From Patescibacteria group bacterium (GTDB lineage Bacteria; Patescibacteriota; Minisyncoccia; Minisyncoccales; Staskawiczbacteraceae): DNA of 64,000 nt. The stretch spans positions 2,406 through 66,405 of the forward strand of contig JAHIOM010000010.1 of NCBI GenBank assembly GCA_018895235.1, read 5' to 3'. The notes beneath the pieces were generated by a model. It was not told the origin of the DNA and ran no database searches. It saw nothing but the letters and a program-made list of their open reading frames with translations. Below, piece after piece: positions 61,819 through 64,000 of this stretch (position 1 is the first letter of the stretch; every line of letters starts with the position of its first letter). The position numbers and the translations under genes were made by a program.

Positions 61819-63345
61819 TTATCTCGCGGAGCAACTGTTACTACCCCCGCCGCAGCCGCAACCGCTACCCCCGCCGCAGCTATCGCCACAACCCTGGGCC
61901 CCCGATGATATAGCGTCACTATCACTAGTATCTAAAGATCCTAAGGTGGCGGCAGAATTTTTCTTAAAACCATTAGTATCAACTACCTCAATAATCCCCG
62001 ATACCATTCCCATCCAGCAACTGAATTTGTATTTACCTGGTTTTTGAGGAGTGAACTCTTTGACGCTGGTTTTCCCCGGCGTCAATCTAATTTCTCCTTC
62101 GAATAAACTTCTTGAAATAATAGCATTAGTGCAACCACTGGTGCCGATATCGGTAATCTCCCACCTTACTGGCACAGTAGCTCTTACTTTAAAATAATTC
62201 GGTTTATAACCCGAGGAAGAAGCATTCATTTTTATAACCTGCTTGCCGTCAATAATCGGCGCCAAACCCTCTTCACTGATTGTGTTGGTTGTTTTTACAT
62301 CACTTAAGCTGGAATAACCAAGAATATTCAACTGAGAGTTAACATTAAAGAGAGCAAAAAACAAAATTAGGATACCAGCAACTTTAGAAAACTTATAAGC
62401 CAAGTGCGGTTTTTGAGATAACTTAACAGATGATAGTCCAATTCCTAAAAGAGCAGGCACCGTGCCCAAAGCAAAAAACCCCATTATCAAAGATCCTTGT
62501 AGGGGACTGCCGGAAATTATAGCTAACCCCTGGGATGTTATGGTAAAACCGCAAGGCAAGAAAAAAGTTAAGGCGCCCATTAAAAGAGGCATGTTCTTAC
62601 TCTTGAAGTTTGATTTGTTGGCAATATATCTGCTCGCTGACTTTGGCAGGCTGATTTGGAGTCTTCTTAAGGCTTTTACTCCCAACATTTGCAATGCCAC
62701 AAAAAACATCATGATTGAGATAGCAATAATTAAGAAAGAAGTAAACTCCAGAGATACCCGGAACCTATTACCCAGAAGTCCCAACACTGCGCCGAAAAAA
62801 AGATAAGATAAAACTCTTCCGACATTAAACATTATATGGGGCTGGAGCTTTCTTATAGTTGAGGTCCCTGCTGGGTACAACTGTAGCCACTGCTTTGACA
62901 TGGAAAGGATCAGCCCGCCGACCAGGGCAGCGCAAGTGGAGACTCCAGCTAATAGCCCAAAAACAAAAAAAGCAGGCAAGGAGGATTTTGAACCGACATT
63001 AACCCAACCCGTTAGCCCTAGTTTATTTAAAAGCAAAAATATGCCGATTATTCCCAGGGCGATAATCACGGTAGTTAAAATATGATTCTTTTCTTTTTGC
63101 TCACCTTCTTTCTTATTTGTTAGCTTGTCTAAAAAAGAATATCCCTCTTTTTTAAATATCTCATTGAGTGTCTCAAGAGATGGCTTTGTTCCCTCATATT
63201 CAATTAGGACTCGGCTCTTTGAAGCTGAAGCATCAACTGATTTAATCCCCTTAATAGACAAAAGCTTATTTTCTATTAATACCTCGCAAGAGGCGCAGTG
63301 CATCCCTTTTACAAAATAAACGTGTTCTTTTATATTCTCTCGCAT
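61819..63345 (-). CDS. HMA domain + polytopic (DsbD_2/TauE-like) membrane domain + cupredoxin-like domain + Gly/Cys tail
   Basis: GMHCASCEVLIE. About 6 TM segments. The C-terminal YFKVRATVPVRWEITDIGTSGCTNAII...GKYKFSCWMGMVSGIIEVVD is a cupredoxin_1-like pattern. Tail GCGDSCGGGSGCGCGGGSNSCS. Confidence 0.65.
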   Translation of the reverse strand: MRENIKEHVYFVKGMHCASCEVLIENKLLSIKGIKSVDASASKSRVLIEYEGTKPSLETLNEIFKKEGYSFLDKLTNKKEGEQKEKNHILTTVIIALGIIGIFLLLNKLGLTGWVNVGSKSSLPAFFVFGLLAGVSTCAALVGGLILSMSKQWLQLYPAGTSTIRKLQPHIMFNVGRVLSYLFFGAVLGLLGNRFRVSLEFTSFLIIAISIMMFFVALQMLGVKALRRLQISLPKSASRYIANKSNFKSKNMPLLMGALTFFLPCGFTITSQGLAIISGSPLQGSLIMGFFALGTVPALLGIGLSSVKLSQKPHLAYKFSKVAGILILFFALFNVNSQLNILGYSSLSDVKTTNTISEEGLAPIIDGKQVIKMNASSSGYKPNYFKVRATVPVRWEITDIGTSGCTNAIISRSLFEGEIRLTPGKTSVKEFTPQKPGKYKFSCWMGMVSGIIEVVDTNGFKKNSAATLGSLDTSDSDAISSGAQGCGDSCGGGSGCGCGGGSNSCSAR

Positions 63346-63363
63346 AAAATTGAATTGTGCTTG

Positions 63364-63636
63364 TTATTTATTAAATAGTTTCGTAACCCTTAAAATCTCT
63401 TCTGTCATCTGTTCCTTTTTTTTCTCGTTCCTGGTGGTCATTGCTTTTTTGAAGCAGGTATTTAAATGGTTTTCCATCAACATCTCGTGGGCAGATCTCA
63501 AAAGTCCGATGACAGCCAAGTTCTGCTGCATAACATCAATGCAGTATTGGCCATTCTGGACCATTCCGATAATCTTCGAGAGTAGGGTAGAGGCCTTTTT
63601 GAAATTAATGATAGTGTTTTGTTTTTGTTTAATCAT
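63364..63636 (-). CDS. csoR: CsoR/RcnR-family metal-sensing repressor
   Basis: About 90 aa, with YCIDVMQQ...A..G.L......L...HL..C, the C-H-C ligand pattern of the family. Confidence 0.85.
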   Translation of the reverse strand: MIKQKQNTIINFKKASTLLSKIIGMVQNGQYCIDVMQQNLAVIGLLRSAHEMLMENHLNTCFKKAMTTRNEKKKEQMTEEILRVTKLFNK

Positions 63637-63676
63637 GCGTCTGTTAATTAATAATTAGTTATCTTTTCTCCGTTAT

Positions 63677-63701
63677 ATACCCCGACCATAGGTATGGGTA
63701 T
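63677..63701. promoter_or_regulatory. candidate CsoR operator (ATACCC-N13-GGGTAT)
   Basis: ATACCCCGACCATAGGTATGGGTAT lies 41 nt upstream of the csoR start and overlaps a plus-strand TATAAT (63699-63704). Confidence 0.55.
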
Positions 63702-63798
63702 AATCAATAATAACAAAACAAAAAATTGTGTCAATACTCTACCCGTTTTTAGAGTATAATGGTAGAATTAAATATAAGTAAAAATAGATAAAAATAAT

Positions 63799-64000
63799 AT
63801 GAAGGCAAAATCAGATTTAAAAGAAATAAGAGAAACTGAAACTGCGCTTAACCGCAATCTTTATTTGATTTGCGGCTTTATTACCCTAGTTACGATGGGA
63901 ATGATTGTGATAGAATTTTTCAGCCGAGGGCAATTTTTCCCAAATCATATAAGTCTCTTTTATTTGGGCATTTTGATTATCTATGCCCTACATAAAGAGT
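63799..64000 (+). CDS. membrane protein, unknown; 3' end runs off the window
   Basis: ATG at 63799, MKAKSDLKEIRETETALNRNLYLICGFITLVTMGMIVIEFF..., open to the window end. Confidence 0.4.
   Translation, partial: MKAKSDLKEIRETETALNRNLYLICGFITLVTMGMIVIEFFSRGQFFPNHISLFYLGILIIYALHKE

Noticed and set aside
1618-63658. Numerous 60-150-aa antisense or off-frame ORFs nested in long genes. Examples: 1618..1806, 3290..3580, 4623..4931, 6989..7231, 13142..13450, 14486..14935, 16043..16366, 17737..18087, 24186..24637, 32600..33004, 41350..41781, 42422..42772, 50673..51248, 53406..53705, 60489..60737, 62462..62806 and 63350..63658.
   Set aside because: Each lies entirely within a well-supported CDS on the other strand or in another frame. 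Their translations are compositionally odd (F/L/S/I-rich), as expected from reading AT-rich coding DNA out of frame.

Overview
This is 64 kb of a low-GC, tightly packed bacterial chromosome. Long ORFs are intact under the standard code, so no recoding is needed. Gene content suggests a small-genome CPR/Patescibacteria-like organism: a short YidC, Elp3, a mitochondrial-type single-chain PheRS, tRNAs without encoded CCA, VirB2/TrbC-like pilin modules and REP-like hairpin cassettes. That assignment is inference only. The window covers the replication-origin neighbourhood: dnaN-dnaA on the minus strand face rpmH-rnpA-yidC-jag, with DnaA boxes on both sides of dnaA. Housekeeping genes present are ruvA, ruvB, yebC-ruvC, mutM, holA, tsaE, a 5'-3' exonuclease, a PilB-like ATPase, PBP1A, a MurE-like ligase, rsmA, comM, pnp, rpsO, rpsT, cca and three tRNAs. 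A csoR/HMA-membrane protein/copA copper operon lies at the 3' end. An accessory block spans about 26.9-47.3 kb and holds the main result, a minus-strand type IV secretion-like locus. It encodes a VirB6-like polytopic protein, a PrgI/VirB3-like protein, a VirB4-N-domain-like ORF, and a VirB4 ATPase whose P-loop is split by a 666-aa LAGLIDADG intein. These are followed by three paralogous proteins in which a VirB2/TrbC-like pilin module is fused to large ectodomains; one is 935 aa and extremely Cys-rich. No relaxase, coupling ATPase or integrase is visible. The locus is interrupted by a plus-strand insert (two paralogous membrane zinc-ribbon mini-proteins and an SPFH protein) and flanked by duplicated small-gene cassettes. 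Non-coding highlights:
- a dispersed hairpin cassette family with covarying stems and a built-in promoter-like box
- a 270-nt rod-like structured element
- two tandem 89-nt units each carrying the same SD-less 20-codon ORF
- a 135-bp element closed by a perfect 23-bp inverted repeat
- a GC-rich multi-hairpin sRNA candidate
- twin inverted 70-nt hairpins inside a tandem gene duplication
No CRISPR array, rRNA, transposase or prophage genes were seen. All calls come from reading the sequence and the ORF track by eye; no searches or folding programs were run.
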